The position numbers and the translations under genes were made by a program. The notes beneath the pieces were generated by a model, which made no database searches, was not told the DNA's origin, and saw only the letters and a list, made by a program, of their open reading frames with translations. A stretch of 64,000 nt of DNA from Phoronis australis (lineage: Eukaryota > Animalia > Phoronida), in NCBI GenBank assembly GCA_002633005.1, contig NMRA01000095.1, positions 631,108 through 695,107 of the forward strand. The letters are read 5' to 3'. Below are positions 40,835 to 55,400 of the stretch, piece after piece. The first letter of the stretch is position 1. Each line of letters begins with the position of its first letter.

Positions 40835-43297
40835 TGATAGGAGTATAGTTATCACATACAGTCATATATAGGTTTTGATTTTGAAAAGTTTCAATATCAA
40901 ACAGCACACTTTCCATTGGGCGTGTTTTTGAAGAAATTGCAGACGAAAGCACGTGTGAAAATCAAAATACCATTGGAAATGACTCCTGCAACTCTGTTAA
41001 CATTACTGGCATTTTTTCCACTTACAAAACTACTAGGAATAACACAAAAACTCAGTACCTGTGAACAAAGTATGAGACATGAAAGCATCTTTAAATATTT
41101 CTCACTCTGTAGCTCAGTTCAGCTCCACATTTGTTTTAGTTCATGTTTTAAGGGAGACATTTTGTTGTTATTCTTTAATATACACGAAAATACCTGGACT
41201 GAGTGGAGTTCATATCAGAAACATTCGTTGTCGCAAACTTGGTTGAAGCTTTTAAATTCAGCTTGATTTACTTGGCACTGCTTCGTATAGTTGTAATTGT
41301 CCATGTTGCTGGCTTAGCAAAATCTGATTTAGTTGTGAAGTTCCACTTTAAGAGTTAAAGCAGGTATGACCCACCTTTGATCACATACAACAACTTTTGA
41401 TTTAGACCACTTATGGTAGTTTAGTGCTATGAAATTGGTCTGAAAATTTTCCATAGTCAAATTGGAGAGGATTTCAAGACTTCAGAAGCACTGACAGTTC
41501 GTTATTCTTGAAATCGGCCGCTATATCTTGTCATGGTCCAGGCATGGTCCAGGCATGGTCCAGGCATGGTCTCCAGTAAATATGTAAGTTCGTTGCATAT
41601 GGAGAAATCATTACTGATCTGAGTAAGAAAGGTTAGTTGAGGCCAATTTTATAGCTCCTTTGACGGCTTTATAGCCACTTCAAATATTGGCAGAAATGTA
41701 TCTTCAGTATCTCTGGTATTTTGGTAAAAAGCTCCAACTAGCACTTCCTATTACTGTACTGTCAAAACAGCCGTCACTCAACTCTTGTTCTTTCTCTACC
41801 AAGACCCACATGAACCAAGGGTTCCAACATGCACTGTCACAACAGCCACCCCACTGCATAAGCAAGGAGTAATTACTATTTCTGTCCATTGTTACAAGCA
41901 TGTCACATGATTCTTGTGAATGGAGGAGAGCCAGATGTTGAGACATTGACCTGACCTGAAAAATCACTCCTAGCCTCCAACCCACACACCCTCATCACCT
42001 GTTGATTGTTTAATTTTTAATGATGGTGTTTACAAACTAGCTTTTAAGTGATTTTATACACAGTTGTCTAAACTGCTACTGAACAAGCTGGACTACTAAA
42101 AGGCATGCGATAAAAATCTTGTTTCTGTTTAGTTACTTTCGCCTTTCTTGAAAGCAGGAAAATGATACACGGAGATGGAAGCAGATCCTGGTAATGATTG
42201 ATCCATACTGTGCCTCAGTAGGACTCTTTCAATTGTTATTTGATGTCATTTCAAATCTGTCAATCACTGACTCTGACCTTTGATTCTGGTCTTTCCTGCC
42301 TGCCTTCCTCATAACCCAGCAATATAGGTCACGAGAATGGAATGCCTCTGCTGGAAGGAGTGATTTAGCCAGTTAGAGATTAGCCGATTGTCTGGCCCTT
42401 GAGTCTCTTCAGCTAGTGTTATTGATGATAAGTGTGATGGAGTGACTGATCAACAGGTCTATACATTCTTGCTAGGGGCCTTGATAGTCATGTCACCTAG
42501 TTATGACAGTGTGAGGTGTGCAACAAGTGTTCTGGTACCATAAAATGTACTAACACTGAGATGCTAAGAGATGATGCACGACTACAATAAATTCTCATCA
42601 ATATATGACGCGGAGACGTGAACTTTTAATTTCTCATTTTTTCATAAAAATATATATGGCCAAAATGATGCTCTGTCATGTTCATGCTGTGCAACATTGC
42701 TGCCAACAGACAAGATATTGTGTGAGGGTGGCCCTTCATAACATTGTTGAAAGATTTGGAAAAGTGAAAAAGGGGCAGTTTTGGCAATTCTTTTAGTTTT
42801 TGGTGATATTTTTGTTGGTAAAGTAAAATTAAGGAAGGTTTTTAAACCAGTAATATGTACAGGTTTGTGTTGACAAAACGTTTGTTTGCATGTTTTATGT
42901 CTGCTCTGCTTAGTGCGTTTAACTCACAACTGAAGTTGAAAAATTGACTTTTGTTTTTTTTGAAGACTGTTTGTGTTCCGTCACGTGTTTGTGGTAGTCA
43001 TTTAGCATATTATGAGCGAACTTACACGGTTTCTGTCCAGTTTTGTGACTTCCACGATACCACGCCTGATGGTTTGAAAACGAATTGTAAACTTATAGCC
43101 ATGTTATAATAAGCGTAACTTTCTTGACATTATTCTTTTGTTAGAGATTGAGAATAAGAAATTAATCTTCTTCCACTCGCCATTTTTGTGTTCCAAACTG
43201 GATAGTCTTTCGATTAGTGTTGGCGCACATGTGTACAACAAGTTTGAACTTTCCGTTCTTGTCTACCACTGACATGCATTGTCATTGTGTTTTCCAG

Positions 43298-43499
43298 AAA
43301 CAAGTCCATACGATGGCCTGAGGTCAATGTTCGAGTTGCCATTTCTTATGCAGTTCATCTCCTTACATCAAGAAAAGTTCAGCTTTCCCAAGATTTCAAT
43401 CAGTGAATTTGAAGAGTGCCTCTGTGATCCCAATAGTGCCGTTATCCCGGATATTATTGCTAGACTTCTACGCTATTTCACTGGAAACAGTTCTATCTT
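43298..43499 (+). CDS. Exon: DDT-like domain (LRSMFELPFLMQFISLHQEKFSFPKISISEFEECL...IPDIIARLL)
   Basis: tttccAG acceptor and tt|GTaagt donor. Pattern resembles the CECR2-type DDT N-terminus (LRSxxExPxIxxFxSLxxxxFxLPxFxIxELE...DLIAxLL). Confidence 0.8.
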
Positions 43500-46400
43500 G
43501 TAAGTAGGGTGTTATCACTCGTTCTTATAAAATGTTTATCTGGTTTGAGATTTGTTGGGTGTGGAGCCGACTAGGTTTTCAATCTCACGTGTCATGTTCT
43601 ATTTGCAATCGTCCAATCGAGAGAAACGTATCATTAAAAGCGATTTCATACTGAGTTAACTCTGGTATGAGTGGAGCGTCAGTGTAAACTGTGAAGTTAC
43701 TTTATTTGGTAATTAACGTCATCAAAGTAAATACAAGGTAGCGCTGATATATCCCGTGCATGCTAACATTTTTTAATTTGACAATTTGAGAACATTTTCG
43801 TGTGCTAATTGACACTAAACCTATTTCTAACTCAATTGGTGATTATTTGAACAAAATATAAGCAACTATTAAAGATGACACTGCCCTTTAATTGATGACG
43901 ATACTAGCGGCCCCTAGCGATAACTTCAATGAGACTGATGTGGACCGATGCTCTGCTGTGAAATCCACCTGTTTACTGCCAAGTAAACTGGCACTGTTAA
44001 CTTCGATCCAGGACCAAAGTTAACCATTCATACTGACCGCAACTCCCCAAAACTTTGACGTGTTGACATTAATATGAACGGGCCTTAAGAACCTAGACTG
44101 CATATGTGCATGTGAGGGTAAATGTCCTTGTGAGGGTGAATCTCCTTCAGTTTCTTCCAAAAATGAATGCCAGTATCCATTTTCCAAAAGCTTATGACGC
44201 TGCTAGAAATTCGTGAAAGTTATACATGGCGAGTTGTTTGATAAGCATGCCATGCAATACAAGTCAAGCAATAAACGTATTGCTATAAGTATCTGTATCC
44301 AAAAATGTGACTAAATTGTACTTTTCCATCACGTGGCGTCTTGAGTTGAAGAATCTGTCGTTAATGCTTTCTGTGATCGCGTGACAGGGGAGGTAATGTG
44401 CTTCCTGTTTTTTAATATCTTGTAATGTTTTATATGTGATTAGCGATATAACTGGGGAGAATAAGCAGATGATGTGAACAGACCTTATAAGTAGTCGCTG
44501 CACTTGAAGATGTTTGATACGGATGAAATGACAGAAAAGTGTTATTTTTGTGCGAAATAAGTGTCGAGTTGCCGTCTTCTTTTTTGGTTAAGTGTAAAGC
44601 TGACTTAGTCCTCAAGTGTAAAGCGTACTTAGTATTTATCTCATGCATACGTACGATAAAAATTCTTCAGTTTCGGACACAATATGGAGAACAGGTGAAA
44701 TTTTATTTTGGTAAATATTTGGACAAAACTAAGGTTTTAGGAAAATTTACTTCACTTCTGAAAAATAAAAATATGAAAGTTTTAGCAATTGTTTTTGTCC
44801 TAAATTGAAGACCTTTTGCTGTAGTAGTACATAAATGCACTTTGGTTGATATGGGCTTCACTGTATTATATCACCTTGAGCTATATATGTTGAGAGAAAC
44901 GATCTGTTGTTATCTCCCCCTGATGCCCCTGGCTATGCAGAGTCACACTGTGAAAGTCTATCAAAATGCATGTTCAATCTACTTGCTTTGGCGCCAAGGA
45001 AATATTTGTAATTAAAAACATTTTCAAAAGTATATGAAACGTTTTTCGTTTTGACTGAGTCTCCCCTTCGTCCATAAAGATTTTTTTCCAAATACTGTAT
45101 GTCAAGTGTCGTCTTCTGATAGACGATTCAATCGACGTTTTAGGAAAACATTAAAGCGAGCATTTATTGCTAACCCTTATGTTTTGTACAGCTATTGAAA
45201 TTTCGTCAATCATACTCAATTTAGTAGTTCAATGTTTGTTCTGTAAAATCTCACCAATTTAGGACACAATATGGCCTCCAAGTGAAATTTTATTCACGTG
45301 ACGTTACTCCATAAAAGTTATGTGACACCAAATTAACGCTTGTTAAACTTCAAAATCTATACTGTAGCTACCATTAAATGGTTTTTAAAATGTGGCCATT
45401 TGCAACAATGTTTGAATCATTTGAGAAATGAGAAAAGAGAAGTTTTGTGCGAATCTACCAAAAGCCCCTGCAACATCGTTATGTTTTCATTTCAGAATAA
45501 ACAGTTTTGAGTCCAGCCTGTGCCAGTTGTTAAACGACAAGCAGAGGGACTTCAACCCACTGAATTCTGGGAAATTTGCTGATTTATCTCCTGAAGAAAA
45601 GGTAGTGTACAGTTAACCCCCATGATTTTTTATTTACTTATTATTTTCTGATGACTGTTAATGCCGTGCAACTGATACAGAGGCGACAATGGTACTTCAT
45701 GGAAAGTGTTGAAGTTGCCCATATCTATCATTCATGTTCATTACAAAGAGCTTCCCTATGCCAGCATATGCTTACATTGAATGTCTTCTATTTGGGAGGC
45801 TGTGCAAGCTAAACTTAGTGGTACTTTGTTGGTATGATAACATTACCATCAGCCGGGGCTCCTCCAAGACAACTAACTTTTGAGTTGAGCTACTGGTCTG
45901 TACTTGTTCCTTACCCAGATCAGAAGTGATTTCTGGGTTTGAGAAGAACTGGCAGTCCATTAGTCCACCAAGTGCCATTATATTGGTTCACCATGTGCCA
46001 GTATATTGGTCCACCTTGTGCCAATATATTGGTCCATGAAGTGCCAGTGTATTGGTCCACCATGTGCCAGTATATTGGCCCACCATTTGCCAGTTTATTG
46101 ATCCACCGTATGCCAGTATATTGGTCCACTGTGTGCCAGTATAATGGTCCATTGTGTGCCAGTATATTGGTCCACTGTGTGCCAGTATATTGGTCCACCA
46201 TGTGCCAGTATATTGGTCCACCATGTGCCAGTGTACTGAGTCAAGGCTCCAGCAGTAAGGAACTATTAGTTTTTCCCAAGCGTAGAAATCACTTCTAATT
46301 TGAGCAAGGAACAGTTTCGTTGTGGTAAGCTTTTTCAAATGGAAAGTTTCTTTTCATAGTTAAACTGTAGCTTAAAGCAGCATTTGATATAAAGTTTTTA

Positions 46401-49400
46401 GCATTTGCAACAGTGTACTGAATCTGTGTATACAGAAAAAAGTTTTAGTCAAGAGTAGAAGTGTCTCTTCATGCCACCAGGTGTCAGTAGGGGCATTGGT
46501 ACCATGTGACAATAATGTAATAATGTTTCCTGGAATTCTCCAGTTGGTGAACTCTAATGCTCAATCTCTTAATGTTTGACCCGAGATGTACTTTTGCAAA
46601 GGCCAGGTAGTCAATAATACATCACTGCCAAGCGTGACGTGAGCACAAGTACTCTAGCTATTAAGCTTGATCTATATGTTGGATGACAAATGATAAGCGT
46701 GTTAAGCTGCCAATGTCACAAAGATGAAGTGGGCAATGTTGTAGAGAGTCCTTGCAATTCATCCCTGTTACTGTGCAGAGTCATTTCTGTCCAGTGGGTG
46801 GGGACACAGAGGCAGGCGTCTTGTGTTATCCAGCTGGTGGGGACACAGAGGGAGGCAACTATGTTGTCTAGTTGGTGGGGACACAGAGGCAGGCGTCTAT
46901 GTTGTTTAGTGGGTGGGGACACAGAGGCAGGCGTCTATGTTATCCAGTGGGTGGGGACACAGAGGCAGGCGTCCATGACAATGAGTTCAAAAGGTCATGC
47001 ATTCTCTTTATGCGCCCACGTATATACATGTATGGGTGCATCATTTGCTTTCGTTTGCCATTATATAAGAAGCCGTTGTTCCGATAAACTGACATTTTGC
47101 CTCATCATGTAATGACGTTATTGAGAAAACATTAATGATGCGGAGTTTAGGCTCTGTGCTTGAAACTAGACTAAAAAATTGACCAATGGCATGGCACACT
47201 TTTGGAAAACTTACAAATTTGTTCTCGAATCATGCAGTCTGATAAGTGTAATTTCGTGTCTGAGTAAAGTCAGCGAGTTCAGCAATAAAATCCTGGTTCT
47301 AGTGGTTGGTTGCATAAACCTACGCAAGTTGTTTGTTATATATATTGGATTGTTTCATGACGTCAAACACATTGCATTGTTCAGCAATAACAAGGTGATG
47401 TGTGGTAATGCTATGTTTGACATCTAACGTAGAATGTTAATGTAACTGGATCTAGGTTATATTATTAAAGTGTTAATTACATTACCACACTACTCTGTAC
47501 TTGGTGTGTGAGTGGTTTACGTGTGTACTGTTGTAAAAAATATGAACTTAAGAAAAGGACGTATTTCCTTCTTGGGCATTTCAGGAATTTTAGATAATTT
47601 GCACAAGTTTGTCAACAACATAATGTTCTCAGTTCATTCAAATTTACTGAAATGACCACAAATTTACTGTCATAAGTGTGAATTTACTAAAATGACTACA
47701 AATTTACTGAAATGACTACAAATTGACTGAAATGACTATAATTTTATTGAAATGACAACAAGTTGACTGAAATGACTACAGATTTACTGAAATGACTACA
47801 AATTTACTGAAATGACAAAAAATTTACTGAAATGACTATAAATTTTCTGAAATGACTACAAATTTACTGAAATGACTATAAATTTGCCGAAATGACTGCA
47901 AATTTATCGAAATGGCTACAAGTTTCAGGAAAGATGCTTTAGTGTTGCAGAAAATGGTAGCAATTTTTGTTATTTTCAGTGAAAGAGTTAAAAGCAAATA
48001 ATTATTTTATTTTTTTATTGTAACTGTGCAGTGTCCAAGGATTTTGCTTGGACTAACAGTTCAGTGCAATGTCATGTTTTCCACTCTGCCTCATGTGACA
48101 ACACAATAAAAGACCTATCATGTAAATCTGCGAGAGATCAGATGATTTACAAGCCAATATGTAGGTTAATTTCATAAAGCAATCACTGTATTTTTGCATG
48201 ATTGAGCACGTGGACATACCGTCTGCCATTCAGACTTACCAGTGAAAAGTTCAGTCTTAGTTTCATACCATTGACACAATCACCTTTCTCACTTACATTG
48301 AATGAATTCACCTCTTTTCCATTCGTTTCATCTGCTGCTAGTGCACAAACGATACTCTTAAATCGCATTGAAACAGGCAGACTTGTGACATATCAAAGTT
48401 TGATTTCATGGAAGCGAGGTTTTTTGGACTTTTAAAGCCATTCCGTATTATCTTGAGCATTGTTGGCAATTCATGTGGAAATCTCACACTAGCCGTGATT
48501 GAAAGCATTATTGATTATTTTCCTGTTTCTATTTTTTTCAGCTTCAGTTGCTCAAATGGTTAGTCGATCTAATTTGTGAAAGCCGGGACGATGATCTCAA
48601 TGAGTTTCTCAACGACTCCTTCGACCCGGAGAGCATGGTTTGTACATCACTGTTCTGTAAGGGGGCTCATGAACATTCACAATGTCTTAAAAGTCTTCCT
48701 TGGTTGTAGTAACAAAATCATTTTCGTTGGGCATCTTTACGCTAGCGCGTGCGAGTAAGCCGCAACGAACATTGTAGAATTAGATCAGGAAGCCTGGCTG
48801 GTGAAAAATATTCCTACAAAATTGTCTGGTATTTCCTTTTAAGGCCTTCGAGCTGGGAGAGCCCAGCTGTCAGAAATAAAGATGACTACATTCCTTGAAA
48901 AAAAAAAAACATAAGTCTTGATTTTTGATAGGGAATCTCTTGGTCTAAAAGTCCTTAAAAATGAAAATCCCAGACATGCATTTGTTGCTAATAGAATAAC
49001 TAAACAAAATTTGTAATTAATGTTTGCGAAAATGTGGCAATCTCTGTGAAAAATCATGATTTGTGAGAAAAAACGCAATCTCGTGGTTTCTAATATCAGG
49101 ACATTGTTTCCATGCACATAACAAAATTCTGTGATCATTTTAAAAAGATTGTAAAAATATTGTTTTATGTACTTCTTAAAATACTTTAAAAACATTATTT
49201 AAGAAATTGGTTCCCTGTTAACTGAGTTTGCCTGTTACCTTGGCATTGTACAACGTCACTGGGAACTAGCAAAAGTGCCTTTAAGAGTGAATGGGCTATT
49301 TCAAAAGTAAATTTTCAGTTATTACAACAGTTTTAATTCTTTGCACCAATGTGTGTTTTACAGCGTGCCGTGAATGTCGGCCAAGATGCGTTTAATAACA

Positions 49401-52400
49401 CTTACTGGTACTTTGATGGTGAGTTAACTCTTTGTTTATTGTAAAATTTGTTCAATTTGTGACAAAATGTAGTTGCTCTAATTGTCGTTTTTCTCTCCAT
49501 TTTTCATAAGCTTATTTCTCATCAGCAATTGATGAAAATTTGACCAATTGTTGTTTGATGAGTGTTGTGCAGCATTAAGCGTGTTAGCGATGAAGTGAAA
49601 CGTTTTCACGTTATTGTTTTCGTTGGGAAATTTGATAAAATGAAATTCCAGTTTTCTGCCATATTTCGCCTTAAAATAAAGAAGTTTGTTTCACTTTGTA
49701 AACAGTTACAGATGTTAGTAATGAGTGACTCTGGCGAGGGTTCAAAGAAATATGTTTATGTTTCTTTTAGTAGTGCACTTGTTTACCTGTACATGGTTAA
49801 CGAGGGAAGGGGTGAGGAGTACATGTGAAAGAGTGTGTAGATAGATACATGGCACAAATTAGGTTTGGAATCTTTACTGACTAGTCATTGAGAAGACCGG
49901 CTGCTTTGACAAAGGCTTTTTTGTTGACTACTCTGAGGCATTCGACCCAGTTTGGGAGAGGGGGTGCTTCTAGAGATTTGCAGTATGTACATAGTTGTCA
50001 GTATTGCCTGACAAATTTTACCCCACCAAAATGTAATCTGCTTCGTCACAAATGGACTCTTAAACTTTTTTTTACTGAATTATGTGAGGACCTTTACATG
50101 GGTCAGCAGTGCTTGCGGTTGTAGGAAACTGAAACCTCAGATGTAGTTTCATTTCATTCAAAATTCATATCCAATGTGCAGGTTATTTTTTTTTTTTTTT
50201 TTTTTTCTAGCATGGATATTTACAATTTACACGACACAATAAACANNNNNNNNNNNNNNNNNNNNNNNNNNNNNNNNNNNNNNNNNNNNNNNNNNNNNNN
50301 NNNNNNCCCCCCCCCCCCCCAACTTACTCTTAGTAGGATGTTGTTAGGCAAAAGTTATGGTTAACCAGTTTCTCCAGGTTGCATGGTATTCATCTAAATT
50401 ACCATTATTTAATAAAATCCTTCTTTGAATATAAAATTCTCTTTCTAATATCTTAAGGAACTGACAGAAAACTGGGGATTACTTTTTTACACCTGGATAG
50501 GTAAATAAAATGTGCAGGTTATTGTTATCATTTCCATATAAAGACACTTTTTTTTTCTATTGTTTGTACATGTTTTCCAACCACTATGGATAACCTGGAA
50601 ATGACAAATTTAGTTTCCATATTTTAAAAACACGAAATTTGTGAAAATTTTCATAAAATGGGTACAAGTACCCCTCATTTTGTGAGTCTTATCGCCTATC
50701 CTTGCGTTTAATTATGTCAGGCAATTTTAGTTAGCAAAATAACTGTCTGTTTACATTTTGTGGGAAACCAACTCATGAGAAATGGCAGTTATATCTTAAG
50801 TAACTTAATATATAAAACTTAAATCATTGAAAAGGAAAACAACTATAAATTGGATCCATGTGGAGGTTTTTGGAAATTTCAAATATTAATGAATCCATTT
50901 TGAGAGAGAATGATTGCCTCATTTTGTTCTGTGGATAGTGTTTAGTGAAGGAGTGTTGTTCATAACTATCTTGTCCCCCCAACTGTTGCATCTATTCCAT
51001 CATTTATTGCTCCACCTGTTGACAGGTGTTTGAGACGCGAGATGATTAAAGTAGGTGTGCTGACTTCATTAATAAGACTACACCTCGTAGCCTTCTCATC
51101 TTCTGTTACACAGCGCTGGTGCTTTGTGTACTTGAGGAATTCATTTCACCGCTCTATTGATTGCAGAAATTAATTTTAGCTTTCCAACAAACACACCGTT
51201 CAATGGCAAAACTTGACAATCGGTTCAGTTCCTGTTAGGCACTCTCTCGACTTTCTTTTCCAAATATTTACTCTACACTCCTCAAAGGAGGTATTTATAA
51301 GACTACCAGAGAGTTTGTTTTTGCCTGTTTTAATAACAACAGCAATTGATTCTAACGCTTGTGTTTTATGACTATTTGTTCAGATCAACGATTATACAAA
51401 GAGAACAGTAAAAAAGCCGGCAAGAGGGAGTGGGAGTGTGTCTGCCTGTCACTGAAGGACTGGAGGACATTATTGAAACAGTTTCGCAAGACTACAAACG
51501 AGCAGGAGAAGGAACTGTTTGACTATCTAAACAATCAGCTATTTCCATTGGTCGAGATCCAGTTGGAGGTAGGCTTGTCTGCAACTCTATGCTCTCCGTC
51601 AAGCAAACGTTTGATGCAGAATGTTGGCAGTTTGCCAATCTAGGGACCCTTTGTGTCAACAGGTGTTGACTCCCCCATCAATGCAATTATTGAAAACAAG
51701 AAATGTTTGCTTGGCGTATTTCTGAACTAAAATAATTTTTTCTGGCGAATGTGACAACAGAAGCTAAAACATCGCCACGGAAACGTATCCCAACATAATA
51801 GTGATATTTGTTGTGAGACGTGGTTATGACTGATCTGACCTTGTTTCCAGAATCAAGAGAAGGCTCTATTGGAGTGTTCGCCTGGCTCGCACAACACTGA
51901 GTTGAGCCAGGACGTACTGACTGCCCGCGAGGCCAGGCAGTTACAAACTATGGTCAAGCTTGAAAATATGTCCGCAGGCAGTAAAGACAGTGAAGTCAAG
52001 ACGGAACAACCCGCTGTAGTCAAGACTGAAGAGAAAAAGAATAACAATGCAAAGAGTGAGTATGTTGGTGGTCAGGTTGTGGGGTCAGAGGTCAAGGGTT
52101 AGAAGTTAGGGGGTTTGGGCATTGATGTGTCCATCTGCAGGAGACTTGATAGTGGCAGATTCAGAAGTGGAAGTAAGGGTCTATGGCCTCCGATGAAATT
52201 GTCTTGATTTTAGTCAGTGGTCATGTTTAAGATTCAAAAAATCAACATGTGAGGGTTACTGGAGCTCCCTCTGTAGTATGAAGTATAAGTTTCAAGACTG
52301 CTCTAATTATAACTATTAAGTGGGTACAGTAAAATAACTAAAAAAGGCGTTCATTAATGTTGCTAAAATCTGAATATAGTGTAAAAATCGTGGATTACTC

Positions 52401-55400
52401 TCCGACTGTTATACTTAACCATTGAAGTAAATACAATGTCATACTTTACCATTGGAGTAAATACAATATATTATACTTTACCATTGGAGTAAATACAATA
52501 TGTTATACTTTACCACTGGAGTATTTACTAAATACAATATTTTATACTTTACCACTGGAGTATTTACTAAATACAATATGTTATACTTTACCATTGGGGT
52601 AAATACAATATGTTATACTTTACCATTGGAGTAAATACAATATGTCAATGATCACTTATTTCTCATTATAGCAATTTCAGTGACTTTAGTGTGCTTTGTT
52701 TTATAGTGTTTGTTTTATTAAATGTTGATTTACGTGGCAGACACATTGTTCTTTCATCTGCCAGGTGTTTCCAGCACTCTGTTATTATATTAGGACATAA
52801 ATGTGATAAAACATATCAGGGTAGTATTCTGTTGTTCGGTAATTCCTAGAATGGTTTCAGCTGTTTGTTATTTCTAGACAACAAATCAAACTTTGTAAAA
52901 TCTGAAACGGATGTGACTAGCAGTCTGACTTGGATGACATTGGTAATTTTTTATTGATTTAACAAAAAATTGTACATAGGCACCCGTCATGCTAATTTGT
53001 ATAGCAAAACATGCCATTAGACATTTAATGCCAAGTGTATGAACGGTACATGAACAGTGCACGTATGGTAAGCATGACTATTTCAGCAGTGAAGCCTTTG
53101 TATCAATGAATCATTGGAAGAATAGCAGTAATTATAGACAGGTTTCTTAGTTTTATTTCTAATGCATTATGCAGTAGTATGCGAGTGCATGGGGCATCTG
53201 AATATTATGCGAGTGCATAGCACAACTGAAGAATGCTTACTATTTTCACACTTGTATTTGTTTCTGAGACTGCGTTCAGTGAAGGGTGAAGTGAAGTTTG
53301 GGTTGGTTTCAAACCCAGGGGTCCTCCACTGGGTTGTCCGTAGGATGAGCCACTTATTAGAGTCTCTAATGAGGGAAATAGTCTGGTCGAGTACTGCCCG
53401 AGTTAGAAAAGAATGAGCCTATCACTGTACGCTGTCTTCTTTGTTGCACTAAATGTTATCCTTCTCTGTCTTGCATTAACCAGTTGTCTTTGCTTTGTTT
53501 TTGTCCACTCAGCTGAACTTGAGGCTCTGTTAGACTCTGACACTAACCAGGAGCCATCTGCAGGTAAGAGGGCTTCGTCTTTTTTATGTGCACTCACCTG
53601 CCTTATGGTCTTACTTGTTTTCACTTGAATATTGGTGGCCAAAAAACTAGTGATCTGATTCATCTTACTTTCACGTGCCAAAACCTTTTAGAATCATTCC
53701 CAACAGATGTCCTGACGCTATTTAACTCTGACAATATGCAGTGCACCACAAGGGTTTCAAACTTGACACAATTGCCCAAAATAACATAGTCATCTTGCGC
53801 AATGAGATTCAAATATATGGTCTTGAACAATATGATTTGAGCTTGAATAATTACTAAGCCACGCTTCTGCAAGAAAAATGTCACAGACTCCTCTCGAATT
53901 TTCATGTCTAAACAGGCATATGTCATGCCATCTAGTGTTTAGGAAAAGAAACAACCAGAGGTCGTAATCATAGAAATGCCTACATCTAGTTAGTCACATG
54001 GGTTCCTGATGAAGTGTTTTCTCCTCTCAATCTATTCAGATGTTGAAAAGAGGAGCTCTTCTTCAGCTCGGTGAATATCGAATCCCCTTTTCAATTTTTG
54101 AGACATATCATGCACTGTGTCACCTTAATTTTTTGGTGATGGAATATGTGCTTAGTCTTGCTGTAGCTATTCTGGTGGAATTATTTTGCATTTTCTGCTT
54201 TGTAAGTTCTTCAAGTTTTGTTTGTTTGGCCTAATGGCGGTTACTAGTTCATATATGTTCACAACCGAAGTATTTGGGGGTGAACTACAAACAGTAGGAA
54301 TATCCATCGAGAGCCTTTGACAATATAGTAACCTTTAACCTTTACCATCTAGAGGTGAAACCCGTGACGCCGACGACTCAGAGTGTCCCTGTCAAGCCAA
54401 AAGGGCCACACAGCAGGCAGCAATCCCAGGAGTCACCCTTTGTGCAGCAAAGGTCTCAAATATTCGTGTTTTCAACGAAACTAGCAAATAAAGCGTCAGA
54501 GGGCGTATTGCAGGGGCGCTACGACTCCATTCTGGCGTATCACATGGATCAGCCGGGGACAAAGAAATTTTTACAAGTAAGAAAGCTGTTGTTTATGGCA
54601 TAGTAGTGTATTCTAGTGTATTCTATGGTATTCTAGTGTATTCTAATGTATTCTAGTGTCTTCAACTTGTTAAAGCTTCTACAGCATTAGTGCCACTGAT
54701 GTTTGTTAGTTTTAAACCAGTGTACTAAGCATATTGGTTTGTGCAGTAAAAATTCTCCAGTTTGGTTCAGCAAAAGATTTATTACTTTGCTTTAAGGTAG
54801 ACGATGTTAGCCTTCCAAATTCAAGAATCATCTGAAAAAATCAAAATTACTGGCACTCTGTAGATTGAAAATACATTTTCTGAAATTTGAGAAATGTGGT
54901 GAACGTCAAAATCATCTTTGCACCAGAATGGAGAAAAAAGTCAAATTTTGTGGAAGTTTCCTTGTCTCAAATTCTTTAGACTGTCCTAATTTGGAGAGTT
55001 TTTACTGTATTAAAACTCTTTCTTCAAAAGTATTTGCAGGAAAATTTCATAGACCTCTGGTGATACTTTTCATTATCGACTTTTTTTAATCTTCGTGATG
55101 TGATGTGTGGCAGTGTACAACTTTGTTTCCACAAATTCTTTACTTTATGTAACCACATACAGAAACTTGACGGAAACGCCATTTTGTGATATTCAGCCAT
55201 TTTGTGATATTCAGCCATTTTGTGATATTCAGCCATTTTGTGATATTCAGCCATTTTGTGATATTCAGATAATTCCTCTTAACTTATGTGATTGTGTTCA
55301 CCTAATGTGTTTTTCATTTGTTCGTTTGATGTCGGAACAAGTGCTTTGTTCTATAGTTGTCTATTGCCTGCTGATGAGCATAGTGGGGACTGACTCCCTG

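Noticed and set aside
45920-47112. Overlapping ORFs of 70-140 aa on both strands
   Set aside because: Translations of the 23 bp and 39 bp minisatellites.
54040-54070. Possible micro-exon DVEKRSSSSA (cag acceptor, gtgaat donor)
   Set aside because: 31 nt would shift the frame before the HD1 exon; direct 53563-54353 splicing already fits.
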